Below, piece by piece: positions 41,018 through 50,735 of a DNA stretch of 55,595 bases. How positions within the stretch are numbered: position 1 is the first letter of the stretch; every line of letters begins with the position of its first letter. Source of the DNA: Theionarchaea archaeon. GTDB lineage: Archaea; Methanobacteriota_B; Thermococci; Methanofastidiosales; SZ-28-30. The notes below the pieces were generated by a model. The model worked only from the letters and a program-made list of their open reading frames with translations. It was not told the origin of the DNA and did no database searches. Where the stretch lies: positions 1 to 55,595 of the forward strand of contig JACVGW010000010.1 of assembly GCA_018992565.1 (NCBI GenBank), written 5' to 3'. Position numbers and translations under genes: made by a program.

Positions 41018-42310
41018 ATGAGTATTGACTGGTACAACGAGTTTGTAGATGTCGACTATACCCCGGCCAGGGATGATCTTGTTGCTCTTTATTACTTTGA
41101 ATCACCTGAAGGAATGACCAAGGAGGAATCTGCGGGAAGGATAGCATCTGAGAGCTCCACTGGAACCTGGACAACTCTGACCAGCCTTCCACCCAGAATG
41201 GAGGCTCTCAAAGCCAAGGCATTTGATATAACAGAAACCTATGTGAAGGTGGCATATCCTCGAGACCTATGGGAAGATGGCAACTTTTGCCAGCTCAAAA
41301 GTGGAATAGCGGGTAACATTTTTGGTATGAAAGGGATCAAGAACTTGCGATTGTTAGACTGCCGATTTCCTCAGGATTACATTAAGTATTTCAAAGGCCC
41401 AATTTTGGGAATAGAGGGACTGAGAAAGATATGGAAAGTGCATAAGAGACCCTTGACTGGAGCTGTTCCCAAGCCCAAAATAGGATTCAGTGCCCATGAA
41501 CATGCGGAAATAGGCTATGAAACCTGGATGGGCGGTTTTGATTTTGTGAAGGATGATGAGAATTTAACGTCCGTGAAGTTCAATAGGTTTGAAGAAAGAG
41601 TCAATCTTCTGGCTAAATACAGAGATAAGGCAGAAAATGAGACTGGGGATCGGAAAGGGGCGTTCATTAATATTACAGCTGAAACAGAGGAAATGAAACG
41701 GAGGGCTGACCTTCTTCATCAGGCTGGATTTGACTACGCCATGATGGATGTTGTGATCGTGGGCACTGCAGCTTTGATGACTATGCGGGAGTATCTTGGG
41801 GACCTGGGAATTGCCATCCACGCGCATCGGGCCATGCATGCAGCCCTGGACAGAAATCCTCGGCATGGAATCACCATGCAGTTCATTGCCAAGGAGATGC
41901 GGCTGATTGGGGTAAACCAGCTGCACTCAGGGACAGCAGTGGGAAAGCTTGTGGGAAGCAGAGAAGAAGTCACCTCCATTGCTGATGTTCTCAGAGAGAA
42001 AGAGACTCCAGCAAGAGAACACATGCTCCTGGGACAGGACTGGGGTTCCATCAGGAGTGCATTCCCCGTGTCATCAGGAGGGCTACATCCAGGATTGGTC
42101 CCTGATGTCATTGATATTTACGGGCTTGATATGATTTTACTCATCAGTGGAGGGATACATGGTCATCCTCAGGGTACGCGGGCAGGTGCACGAGCATCAA
42201 TGCAAGCTATCGAAGCAACCATGGACGGGGAATCACTGGAGGAGAAAGCCAAGACCTCTCCAGAGCTCAGATCTGCGCTGGACAAATGGGGTCGCCGCAG
42301 GCCGAAATAG
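41018..42310 (+). CDS. rbcL: Ribulose-1,5-bisphosphate carboxylase, form III
   Basis: ESSTGTWT, KPKIG, DFVKDDE, HAHRAMH, HSGT..GKL, SSGGLHP and GGIHGHP; catalytic motifs intact. Confidence 0.95.
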   Translation: MSIDWYNEFVDVDYTPARDDLVALYYFESPEGMTKEESAGRIASESSTGTWTTLTSLPPRMEALKAKAFDITETYVKVAYPRDLWEDGNFCQLKSGIAGNIFGMKGIKNLRLLDCRFPQDYIKYFKGPILGIEGLRKIWKVHKRPLTGAVPKPKIGFSAHEHAEIGYETWMGGFDFVKDDENLTSVKFNRFEERVNLLAKYRDKAENETGDRKGAFINITAETEEMKRRADLLHQAGFDYAMMDVVIVGTAALMTMREYLGDLGIAIHAHRAMHAALDRNPRHGITMQFIAKEMRLIGVNQLHSGTAVGKLVGSREEVTSIADVLREKETPAREHMLLGQDWGSIRSAFPVSSGGLHPGLVPDVIDIYGLDMILLISGGIHGHPQGTRAGARASMQAIEATMDGESLEEKAKTSPELRSALDKWGRRRPK

Positions 42311-42404
42311 CAACAGGCTCATGTTGCCAGGAGAAATGTGAGAACCTGGATTGTAACAACCAGGTGGCAGTGACATGAGGTTCATGGCCGTGGGTTCAGC
42401 AGGA

Positions 42405-43406
42405 CTAGAGTGGAATGTATTCTATTAATGGGTTGGTATACGTAGGATACCTCTTCTCTATCCCAATCTGAATGATGCCCTCCATGGGTTTGATCCAGGG
42501 GACAGCTTCTTCAGCCAGAGCCCAGTGAGTCTCAACCCGCTCTCCCAGAACCTCAACGAAGGCTTCAGGAACATCCACTCTTTCCAGCAACAGTGTCCTG
42601 ATATTCCGGGCAGCTCTACCGCTGCAACATACTATCACTCCTTTCACGAGCATTCCGTCTTCAATATCTTCATACGGTTTACGTGTGAGGGCTGCTCTAC
42701 GGATAAACCTGTTTCTCAGCTGGATACTGTCTTTATCGTGAGCAGTGCAGTAGTGCACAACTTCATCCTGCACCACCTGCGCAGCGGCTTTTCCGCTCTC
42801 TTCTATGACACACGTGTCGTTGCTCAGTGTCAGCTTTCGCTTTCGCATCTCCTCGATGGTCCGGTCTGCATATTCCAGCTCGTTAATATTGATGAAGTGG
42901 ATACCTATCCCCTTGAGACGCTGGATGAGGTGCTGGGTCTCCCTGACTCTTGAAGGGATCATGGGGATTTCCACTCCCACATCAAACCGGTATTTCAACG
43001 CACGGGAGACAAAAGAAATGTCTGAAAAATCGATGAGGTGGAATCTCAATTCATCAATGAGTCCTTCCATCACCTCGAGTGTTTTCTCCTTCAGGTGAGA
43101 TGCAGTATAGAGGTGAATATGATGGTCGGGCCATTCCTTCTTCAGTAACGTTGCATAGTGCAGTGTCCTCTCCAGGCAACCCACTGGATCGCCTCCCGTG
43201 ATTCCAGTGCCCAGTGCATTCATGGCGCGGGCTTCTTCCAGAACATCGTCATCACACAGTACAGGCCGTTCATTTGCATATACTACATCCTTCTGCCATC
43301 TTTCTTCTGAGAGAGGACAATACCAGCAGGAAAACCCACACACACCGGTGACAAACAACACCATCTTTGCTCCTTTCAAACACATGTTGCAGCCAGTTGC
43401 CACCAT
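42405..43406 (-). CDS. Radical SAM protein, COG2108-like
   Basis: GC..C..GAKMVLFVTG, C...C.YC, GITGGDP, HIHLYT, DE.RFH and GVEIP. Confidence 0.88.
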   Translation of the reverse strand: MVATGCNMCLKGAKMVLFVTGVCGFSCWYCPLSEERWQKDVVYANERPVLCDDDVLEEARAMNALGTGITGGDPVGCLERTLHYATLLKKEWPDHHIHLYTASHLKEKTLEVMEGLIDELRFHLIDFSDISFVSRALKYRFDVGVEIPMIPSRVRETQHLIQRLKGIGIHFININELEYADRTIEEMRKRKLTLSNDTCVIEESGKAAAQVVQDEVVHYCTAHDKDSIQLRNRFIRRAALTRKPYEDIEDGMLVKGVIVCCSGRAARNIRTLLLERVDVPEAFVEVLGERVETHWALAEEAVPWIKPMEGIIQIGIEKRYPTYTNPLIEYIPL

Positions 43407-43410
43407 TCTA

Positions 43411-44421
43411 TCACCTTTGAGACCTCAGAGACTCTGCTTTCTCTTCTAATTCCTCAATAGCCTGCCTCAATTGTTGAGCTTTCCCTTGTTTCTCTGTGAT
43501 GTGCATTTCATACCATGCAGCGACTTCTCTCTTCAGCTGTAGCTTATTCACTTCTATTAGAGAGCTCATCTCTTGTATGCCCAATTCAGCCAGGAGACTT
43601 GCATGTTCTGTGTTCCCAATTTCCAGTTGATGGGCAGCTTCAGATAGACTGTCCAGTGCTTTCTCCAGGTGCTCCAGGTTGGTCAGAGAGTCATCTATAT
43701 ATGAAATATCGATAATTCTGGCGGCAGCAATATAGGCTTTCTCTGCATTTGTGAGACTTTCTATGGCAGATTCGTAGGCTGCAAAGGCAAATTGATAGTC
43801 TTTCGTTTCTAAATGATCATTTCCTCTGTTCATGTCCACCATGACAGCAAGAAGAAGTTGTTCTCCGTCAAGGTAGCAGGAAGCGAAATCATAATACATG
43901 ATATACGACTCGCTAACCTCTGATAGGACATCACAGTACTCTCTCCGTATGCTGACAATCTCCAGCTGTGTTTCCACATATTCGTGATACCACCCGGGAA
44001 GCCTCAGCCCTTTACAAGAAACAAGAAAAGTTGCTGCCCTCTCATACGAGGAAGAAGCATCTTCAAGCAAGGGGAGCAGACGTTGAATCTCTCCTTTTGT
44101 CCTCACAGCGTACTCCCATTCAGATTTCGAATGACTGTCTGATTCAAACTGAATATCTTCTGCTGCATTTAGCCTCCCTTCCACTAGTTGGAGAATTTCA
44201 TCCCCCTCGCGCATCTCTTTGAGTGCTGCCCTCACAAGGGTGTCTGCATCCTCTATCTTGTAGTTCATGAAATAAACAGCAGATGCTCCCAGCAACACAA
44301 CTACAGCCAGAGCTGCGACCTTATCTGCGGGGAACTTGTCCCGGGGGGTGAAGTTCACTCCACAGTACTGACATACTGGGCTATCTGCTGGGATGTATCG
44401 ACCGCAGTTGGGACAGAACAT
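43411..44421 (-). CDS. Zinc-ribbon plus TM plus long helical extracellular domain protein
   Basis: CPNCG...CQYCG, TM segment and coiled-coil. ATG 44421 follows GGAG. Confidence 0.75.
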   Translation of the reverse strand: MFCPNCGRYIPADSPVCQYCGVNFTPRDKFPADKVAALAVVVLLGASAVYFMNYKIEDADTLVRAALKEMREGDEILQLVEGRLNAAEDIQFESDSHSKSEWEYAVRTKGEIQRLLPLLEDASSSYERAATFLVSCKGLRLPGWYHEYVETQLEIVSIRREYCDVLSEVSESYIMYYDFASCYLDGEQLLLAVMVDMNRGNDHLETKDYQFAFAAYESAIESLTNAEKAYIAAARIIDISYIDDSLTNLEHLEKALDSLSEAAHQLEIGNTEHASLLAELGIQEMSSLIEVNKLQLKREVAAWYEMHITEKQGKAQQLRQAIEELEEKAESLRSQR

Positions 44422-44802
44422 ACTCTCCAAGACCAGAGCACTGATATAAAGGTTATCAATGCACGTCACGTCATATACTTCACTATGTTGACCTCACGCG
44501 CACCTTTCTGATGTATCTTTCTTCTTGACATTTCCCCACTTTTTTGCCATTCTTTCCTTATCTTTCTAAGACTTTGCGTTAAGAAATCAGGGTACCAGAA
44601 TGGACTATTGGTTTCTGTGTTGGGATATGTAGCTATGATCTTTTCATATTTTAGCAGCCGCACATTTCAAATTCTGATGCGATTGGATGTGACTCTGTGA
44701 GAATGTGTGACAAATAGATATTTAAGGGTATGAAACATGAATTATATATCCGAGCATCCGCATGAATGCAGTTCTTGGGCATGATATTCGGTCTGAGGGG
44801 CC

Positions 44803-46071
44803 TCAGGCCTCCCTTTCATCAGGAGGGAGGGGGACACGTTTAGCCTTGACTTTCATGATGCGGACTTTATCAGTCTGGAACACAACGAAATCCACCCCGT
44901 TGTAGGTGATTTTCTCTCCTTCTTCTGGGATGTGGCCAAATTGATCCAGCATGAATCCTCCAATCGTTTCAAACCCATTTTCTGGTATGTTCACATTGAG
45001 CAATTCATTGACCTCGTCAATGGGAACCATGCCATTGATGAGAACAGTATGATCATCCAGTACTCGAATGGGAATCCTGGTCACATCGTATTCATCAAAG
45101 ATCTCTCCAACAATTTCCTCCAGCAAGTCTTCAATGGTGACAATGCCTGCAGTTCCCCCGTATTCATCCACCACGATTGCCAGGTGAACTTTGCTTTTCT
45201 GCATCCTCTCCAGGAGTTCATCCACCTTCTTTGTCTCAGGAATGAAATAAGGATCTCGCAACAGATCTCTCAAGACGGTCTTCCCCTCCGTGCGCAGCAG
45301 GTCTTTGGCATACAGAATACCCACAATATGATCTACATTATCTTCATACACGGGGATTCGAGAAAATCCGCTCTTGACAATAAGGTTGCGTGCATCTTCC
45401 AGTGAGGTATTCACATCCAGGCATATCATGTCTGTACGAGGAGTCATCACTTCTTTGGCTACTGTGTCCGAGAATTCGAAGACATTATAGATGCGCTCTC
45501 GTTCTTCCTCTTCCAGGCTTCCTTCCTCTTCTGCAATGGTGAGAAATGTCTTGAATTCTTCTTCTGTCAGGAAAACACTCTTGTCCATCTCCCCGCCGAG
45601 CAAGCGAGAGACCCCTCTTGAGATGGCATTCAGGGCTGTGGCCACAGGTGAGAGTACTCTGGTTATTACATACAGCGGTCTGGCAAAGGTAAGGACAAGG
45701 TGCTCTGCATTTTTCACGGCGAATCCCTTGGGAGTAATCTCTCCCACCACCAGAATAAGAAATGTCATAATGCCAATAGCAGCCCCTATCCCTTGACTCC
45801 CAAAAACGCTGATAGCCATGGATGTTGCAATGGAAGAAGCTGCAACATTCACAATATTGTTCCCGATGACAACCGCAGCAACCACCTTGTCTGGCTCTTC
45901 CATCATGCGACGGATCGTTTCAGCCTTGGCATTTCCCTCTTCAGCCAGATGTCTTATTCGGATTTTTCGGGAAGAGAGAAATGCGGTCTCTGAACTGGAG
46001 AAAAAAGCAGACAGTAAGAGGAAAAAAGCCAGACTCATCAATTCGAGCCACAGATATGATGCTTCGAACAT
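44803..46071 (-). CDS. CNNM/HlyC-CorC family (DUF21-CBS-CorC) Mg/Co transporter
   Basis: [33 protein letters not shown] and [13 protein letters not shown]. Confidence 0.93.
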   Translation of the reverse strand: MFEASYLWLELMSLAFFLLLSAFFSSSETAFLSSRKIRIRHLAEEGNAKAETIRRMMEEPDKVVAAVVIGNNIVNVAASSIATSMAISVFGSQGIGAAIGIMTFLILVVGEITPKGFAVKNAEHLVLTFARPLYVITRVLSPVATALNAISRGVSRLLGGEMDKSVFLTEEEFKTFLTIAEEEGSLEEEERERIYNVFEFSDTVAKEVMTPRTDMICLDVNTSLEDARNLIVKSGFSRIPVYEDNVDHIVGILYAKDLLRTEGKTVLRDLLRDPYFIPETKKVDELLERMQKSKVHLAIVVDEYGGTAGIVTIEDLLEEIVGEIFDEYDVTRIPIRVLDDHTVLINGMVPIDEVNELLNVNIPENGFETIGGFMLDQFGHIPEEGEKITYNGVDFVVFQTDKVRIMKVKAKRVPLPPDEREA

Positions 46072-46136
46072 GGTATATCCTGTCCTTTTGTTCTGCCCTT
46101 TATTCTACATGAAGGCTTAAAAATCTTTCTCCCCTT

Positions 46137-47012
46137 TCATGTGAAGATTTCACATCCTTCTTCTGTTACAATTATTGAATGCTCTGCCTGGGTGACTGGA
46201 GCTCCCGTCTTTTCCTTGAGCACATGATAGGGGAATAGTGTACCGTTCTTTAGGAGCAGCCTCAGCAGGAACTCTCCTTTCTTGTCTTTTACCACCCAAC
46301 GTTCTGCAAATGGTAACTGAGGGTAGGTATTCTGAATGTGATACATCAGCTTTCTGGCAGGCTCAAGCCTCAAGGGACGGGGAGCAACAAAGCTGAAAAT
46401 ATAGACTTTGTCATCATCCACAACCTTCCCTGCTCCCGTGGTGGCAAAGGGTTCCACAGCCACGATATCTCCTTCCCTCAGCCTGACTGTAGATCCATCA
46501 TCGAAATTGGGAATGGAAGGTGAGGCATGGATGGAGTACTGTGACAGACCGTGACCGGTGAGATTCTCGATGGGACAGAATCCGTGAGCAGTAATGACTT
46601 TTTCAATGGCTTTCCCGATTTCGCCTGTGGTGATACCTGCCCGAATAACAGAAAGTGCAGCCTCCAGTCCCTCTCGGCTTGCCATTATGAGATCATCATC
46701 AGGTTCTCCTGCTTTCACGGTATAGGCAGTATCTGCAATGTACCCCTCAATATGGCATCCAATATCAACAGTCACGTAGTCACCTTTTTCCACCACTGTC
46801 TCATCCTGGGCAGGGGGAGTGTAATGGGCCGCAATTTCATTGAGCGAGATATTCACCGGAAAAGCAATTTCAGCCCCGTATTCTGCAATTTTCCCTTCGA
46901 TGAAGGTCGCAATATCCAGGAGCTTTACACCTTCGTTAATATGCTCTTTGGATTCTTCTACAACTTTTCTGACAATTTCGCCTGCTTGACGATGCTTCTC
47001 CAAATGATCCAT
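46137..47012 (-). CDS. map: Methionine aminopeptidase, type II
   Basis: AFP.NIS.N..AAHYTP, D.G.H..G.IADTA, NLTGH, EPFAT and Q.EH. Start at ATG 47012. Confidence 0.95.
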   Translation of the reverse strand: MDHLEKHRQAGEIVRKVVEESKEHINEGVKLLDIATFIEGKIAEYGAEIAFPVNISLNEIAAHYTPPAQDETVVEKGDYVTVDIGCHIEGYIADTAYTVKAGEPDDDLIMASREGLEAALSVIRAGITTGEIGKAIEKVITAHGFCPIENLTGHGLSQYSIHASPSIPNFDDGSTVRLREGDIVAVEPFATTGAGKVVDDDKVYIFSFVAPRPLRLEPARKLMYHIQNTYPQLPFAERWVVKDKKGEFLLRLLLKNGTLFPYHVLKEKTGAPVTQAEHSIIVTEEGCEIFT

Positions 47013-47347
47013 GTATACACCAGTATGTCCATTTTTGGACTGTGTTATAAACTTTTGCCTGGATACTGTCACGGCGCACAGTTGTTTTTGCCGGGAGGGT
47101 TCTCGTGGTATCTCCTCACAAAAGGGCATGGATATTCATCCTAAGGGTCTGTGAATTGAAATTCACGGTCCTGCAGTACATGTGCGATATGGAGAAGACC
47201 CGGAATCTTGTGAGCTGAAGTGCGTGTGAGGCTCTCTTTCGCGTAATCAAACCAGAAGCAACTTGTACAATCGTGTAACCTGCAGACATAGTGACTTTTC
47301 ATGTAGAACATTTTTAAGGAGTTGACCTAAGTAAGGGGTGTGATACA

Positions 47348-48214
47348 ATGATTAGCGAGGAAACAATTCAGACCACGGTGGTGGAGCTGCTGAAGAAAGC
47401 AGTCACCAAACTTCCTCCAGATATTGAAGCTGCTCTCAATGCAGCGTACAAGAAAGAGACCTCTGAAGCAGCAAAGATGCAGTTCAAAGCAATCCTCGAT
47501 AACATCAAACTGGCAGAAGAGACTACCACACCCATGTGTCAGGATACAGGTGTACACATTTTTTACGTTAACAAAGGAAAACCTGCTACCGGCAATATTG
47601 AGAAAGCCATAAGGGCAGGAGTGAAAGAAGCTACGGAGAAAATTCCCCTGCGTCCTAATGCAGTTCATCCTCTAACGAGAAAGAACCCTGGAACAAACCT
47701 AGGAGAGAAAATGCCCTACATCAACTACACACTGTCAGACAATGATTACCTGGAAATTCACGTGATGCCAAAGGGAGCTGGGAGTGAAAACATGTCCAGG
47801 ATGGCAATGCTCAATCCGTCACAGGGTATTAAGGGGATCAAGCAGTTTGCTCTGGATACACTGCTCAATGCAGGATCCAAACCATGTCCTCCTGTGGTAC
47901 TTGGCATAGGTATTGGTGGCTGTGCAGATATTTCGCTGAAACTGGCCAAACAAGCACTGCTGCGTCCCATAACCAGCCATCATCCTGAGCCAGACATTCA
48001 TGCTCTGGAAGATGAATTGCTGGAGGCCCTGAACGAGATAGGCATCGGCCCCATGGGATTGGGAGGCAACACTACAGTCCTGGGAATTAACATTGAGTAC
48101 GCCTACTGCCACACAGCTTCTCACCCTGTGGCCATAAATGTGCAATGTTGGGCTGCTCGACGGGCTTCGGCAAGAATTTATGAAGACAAAGTTGAATACG
48201 GGTGGTTCACATGA
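47348..48214 (+). CDS. Fe-S fumarate hydratase / tartrate dehydratase, alpha subunit
   Basis: P.CQDTG, LRPN.V, KGAGSEN, PCPP, G.GPMGLGG and CWA.R. Confidence 0.93.
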   Translation: MISEETIQTTVVELLKKAVTKLPPDIEAALNAAYKKETSEAAKMQFKAILDNIKLAEETTTPMCQDTGVHIFYVNKGKPATGNIEKAIRAGVKEATEKIPLRPNAVHPLTRKNPGTNLGEKMPYINYTLSDNDYLEIHVMPKGAGSENMSRMAMLNPSQGIKGIKQFALDTLLNAGSKPCPPVVLGIGIGGCADISLKLAKQALLRPITSHHPEPDIHALEDELLEALNEIGIGPMGLGGNTTVLGINIEYAYCHTASHPVAINVQCWAARRASARIYEDKVEYGWFT

Positions 48215-48807
48215 AAACACTGTCCATACCGTTAACCGAAAAGGATGTACGAGAATTGAAGCTTGGAGAGACAGTCTACCTCAATGGGGAATTCTATACA
48301 GCTCGCGATGAAGCACATATGACTGCTCTGGAATATGCCAGAGAGAAAACCCCTCTTCCCGTTGATTTTAAAGACAAAGCAGTCTTTCACTGTGGACCCA
48401 TCATGCGCAAGCTCAATGGAACATGGGAGCTTGTGGCTGCAGGTCCTACAACCAGTACCAGAATGAATTCACTGGAACCTGAATTCATCAGAACCTTCGG
48501 GCCACGGGCTATAATTGGAAAGGGTGGCATGGGAAAGGAAACCTCAGATGCTATGAAGGAGTACGGGTGTGTTTATCTGGCTATCACAGGAGGTGCTGCA
48601 GTTCTTGCAGCCAAGGGAATAAAGAAAGTTAAAGGCGTGGAATGGCTGGAACTGGGAATGCCCGAAGCAGTATGGATTCTGGAAGGAGAAGGTTTTGGAC
48701 CTCTGATCGTAGCAATGGATGCACAGGGAAATAGTCTCTTCGAGAACGTGGAAAAACAGGTCAAGGAGAACGCTCAGAAAATCAGAAAGACCCTGGGATT
48801 AGTATAA
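48211..48807 (+). CDS. Fe-S fumarate hydratase / tartrate dehydratase, beta subunit
   Basis: TARD.AH, HCGP, AGPTTS.RM, IGKGG, LGMPEA and P.IVAMD..G. Confidence 0.93.
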   Translation: MKTLSIPLTEKDVRELKLGETVYLNGEFYTARDEAHMTALEYAREKTPLPVDFKDKAVFHCGPIMRKLNGTWELVAAGPTTSTRMNSLEPEFIRTFGPRAIIGKGGMGKETSDAMKEYGCVYLAITGGAAVLAAKGIKKVKGVEWLELGMPEAVWILEGEGFGPLIVAMDAQGNSLFENVEKQVKENAQKIRKTLGLV

Positions 48808-48905
48808 CTATCCATTCCTTTTACTTTTTCTTGTCTCTCTTTTGGGAGTGAAGTAATGCACCGACTAGCAGGAAGCACAACACAAAAATCCCGACCGCAT
48901 CACAC

Positions 48906-49217
48906 CTACCTGTACACGCTGAACTTGGAAAGCAGTCTGGTCAGTCGCAGTGCCACATCATGTTCAAGGACGCCTTCTCTCTGTTTTTCCCAGATGAAGT
49001 CTTTTGCCTCCCGGACACCGATCTTTGAAGCTTTTGCATAAATTGCACCTTTTACTGCAGAAACATTCTGATCATCGACATCACCAAGAATCTGGGAGAG
49101 ACTCCACTTGAAATCATCGATTCTACTCATATTCAACTTTCGCACTCTCTTGGACCTTCTGAGCACTTTGTTAGGTGAATATCTGGATTTTGTTCCTCTT
49201 GGTCTTGGACGAGCCAT
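48906..49217 (-). CDS. Small, highly basic conserved hypothetical archaeal protein
   Basis: Arg/Lys-rich N-terminus and an I.AKAS.IG...AK.F...LL.KFS.YR pattern; TTTTAAA promoter upstream. Confidence 0.75.
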   Translation of the reverse strand: MARPRPRGTKSRYSPNKVLRRSKRVRKLNMSRIDDFKWSLSQILGDVDDQNVSAVKGAIYAKASKIGVREAKDFIWEKQREGVLEHDVALRLTRLLSKFSVYR

Positions 49218-49320
49218 TGGTTCCTCTTCAAGGTGGGGCTTTAAAAGGTTTTGGGCACAGCCTTCTTTGTAAACTATTCATATGTTGAAGTTCTTCTCCT
49301 TGAGGGGCACAGAGGAAGGC

Positions 49321-49617
49321 ATGAATGAAGAATTCAGATTGATGGTTACTCCTTCGGTGCAAAATCTGGATGTGAACGATGGACCAATCGTTGAAGAACC
49401 AGTATACTGTTCTTTTCGAAAAAGAGGAGTGTTTGAGTTACCAGCAGACATTTCTCTTCTACTGCACTATGCTTTCCTGCATCAAGAGAACTACTCATTC
49501 TGTGAGGACAACCCTCACATAGTATGGGGTAGAGAAAGTCCCATGGGAAGGGCAGTTGCTGCTCGTATCATGAGTTCTCTCCTTTCCTTGAGCACACGAA
49601 CACCACACGGTTCATGA
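49321..49617 (+). CDS. Hypothetical protein
   Basis: Fills the gap before nadM and has a GAGGAAGG RBS; no recognisable motif. Confidence 0.4.
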   Translation: MNEEFRLMVTPSVQNLDVNDGPIVEEPVYCSFRKRGVFELPADISLLLHYAFLHQENYSFCEDNPHIVWGRESPMGRAVAARIMSSLLSLSTRTPHGS

Positions 49618-49677
49618 CCGGGTGATACCCCATTCCTTTCTGCAAACTGTTATATAGAAGTCTGTCCTGTTTCTTTC

Positions 49678-50193
49678 ATGCGTGCATTGTATGTGGGTCG
49701 ATTTCAGCCCTTCCACAGAGGGCATCTGGAAATCTTGAGGAGAATACTCAGGGAGTATCATGAGTTAATTATCATTGTGGGTTCAGCCCAGCACTCCCAT
49801 ACCCTGGAAAATCCTTTTACAGCAGGAGAGCGCATCCAGATGATTACCGAAACACTGGACGAGGAAAGAATTACCAAGAGGATATATATTATCCCTGTTG
49901 ATGATATCCATCGACACGCAGTATGGGTGAAGCACGTGGAGTCTTTGACTCCTGCCTTTGATTGTGTATTCTCTAATGAACCTATTACCACCCGGCTCTT
50001 TAGAGAAGCGGGGTACACAGTCAAGAATACAGAGCTTCTGCAAAGAGAAGAATGGTCAGGAACAGAAATCCGAAAGATGATTCTCACTGGCCAGCTATGG
50101 GAATCAAGTGTCCCACCTGCTGTGGTCAGGGTCATCAAAGAGATTGATGGAGTCGCCCGGATGAAGGAGCTGGCACATACTGATACTGTCTGA
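49678..50193 (+). CDS. nadM: Nicotinamide-nucleotide adenylyltransferase
   Basis: GRFQPFH.GH, GSAQ.SH..ENPFTAGER and SGTEIR. Confidence 0.95.
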   Translation: MRALYVGRFQPFHRGHLEILRRILREYHELIIIVGSAQHSHTLENPFTAGERIQMITETLDEERITKRIYIIPVDDIHRHAVWVKHVESLTPAFDCVFSNEPITTRLFREAGYTVKNTELLQREEWSGTEIRKMILTGQLWESSVPPAVVRVIKEIDGVARMKELAHTDTV

Positions 50194-50671
50194 TGGAGAT
50201 GACTCTGTTCCTCTTAAGAACCTGGAGTTGATTTTTTTCAGCTAGAACTGATTCGTTGGAGGGAAGATCTGTGGCTGAAAGAGAAAGTGTTGAATTCTGA
50301 TTCTGGCTATTGAGCTCTTGAGACCTGTGCTGTGGTAACCCTTGATCCAGCGAGAGGAGAGGAAGGCAAGTATCTGCAGTATATGGGGTTATCTGGCGGA
50401 AGTAACACAAGTTCACTCCTCTTGCTCCCATAGGACTTTGGGTTCGAGCCATTGAGTCACAGTATCAATCATAATACTGTCTTGAATAGCTTCAAGTCTA
50501 TATCCTGGATCTACATGTGAGATTATTGAATATGAACAGTGAATGGCACTAAAAAAGCGGTCTGACTCTACCTATCGATGTACGGGGGCGAGTATTCTCG
50601 TGGCAGATGCATAGAAAGTCTTTTATATATGCACTGTAATACTATATTAAGAGTATTTCGAACAATTTTTC

Positions 50672-50688
50672 ACCGAAAAGTTTATAAA
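50672..50688 (+). promoter_or_regulatory. BRE-TATA promoter of the large surface protein
   Basis: ACCGAAAAGTTTATAAA, followed by the inverted repeat TTACTA-6-TAGTAA and a GAGGTGA RBS. Confidence 0.65.
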
Positions 50689-50735
50689 GGGTAACTTACT
50701 ATCTAAGTAGTAACTTGCCCCATGAGGTGAACATT

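Noticed and set aside
50135..50452. 105-aa minus-strand ORF and a GGTTCGAG tRNA-like motif near 50441
   Set aside because: The ORF has no recognisable motif and overlaps nadM; the T-arm stem and cloverleaf do not form.
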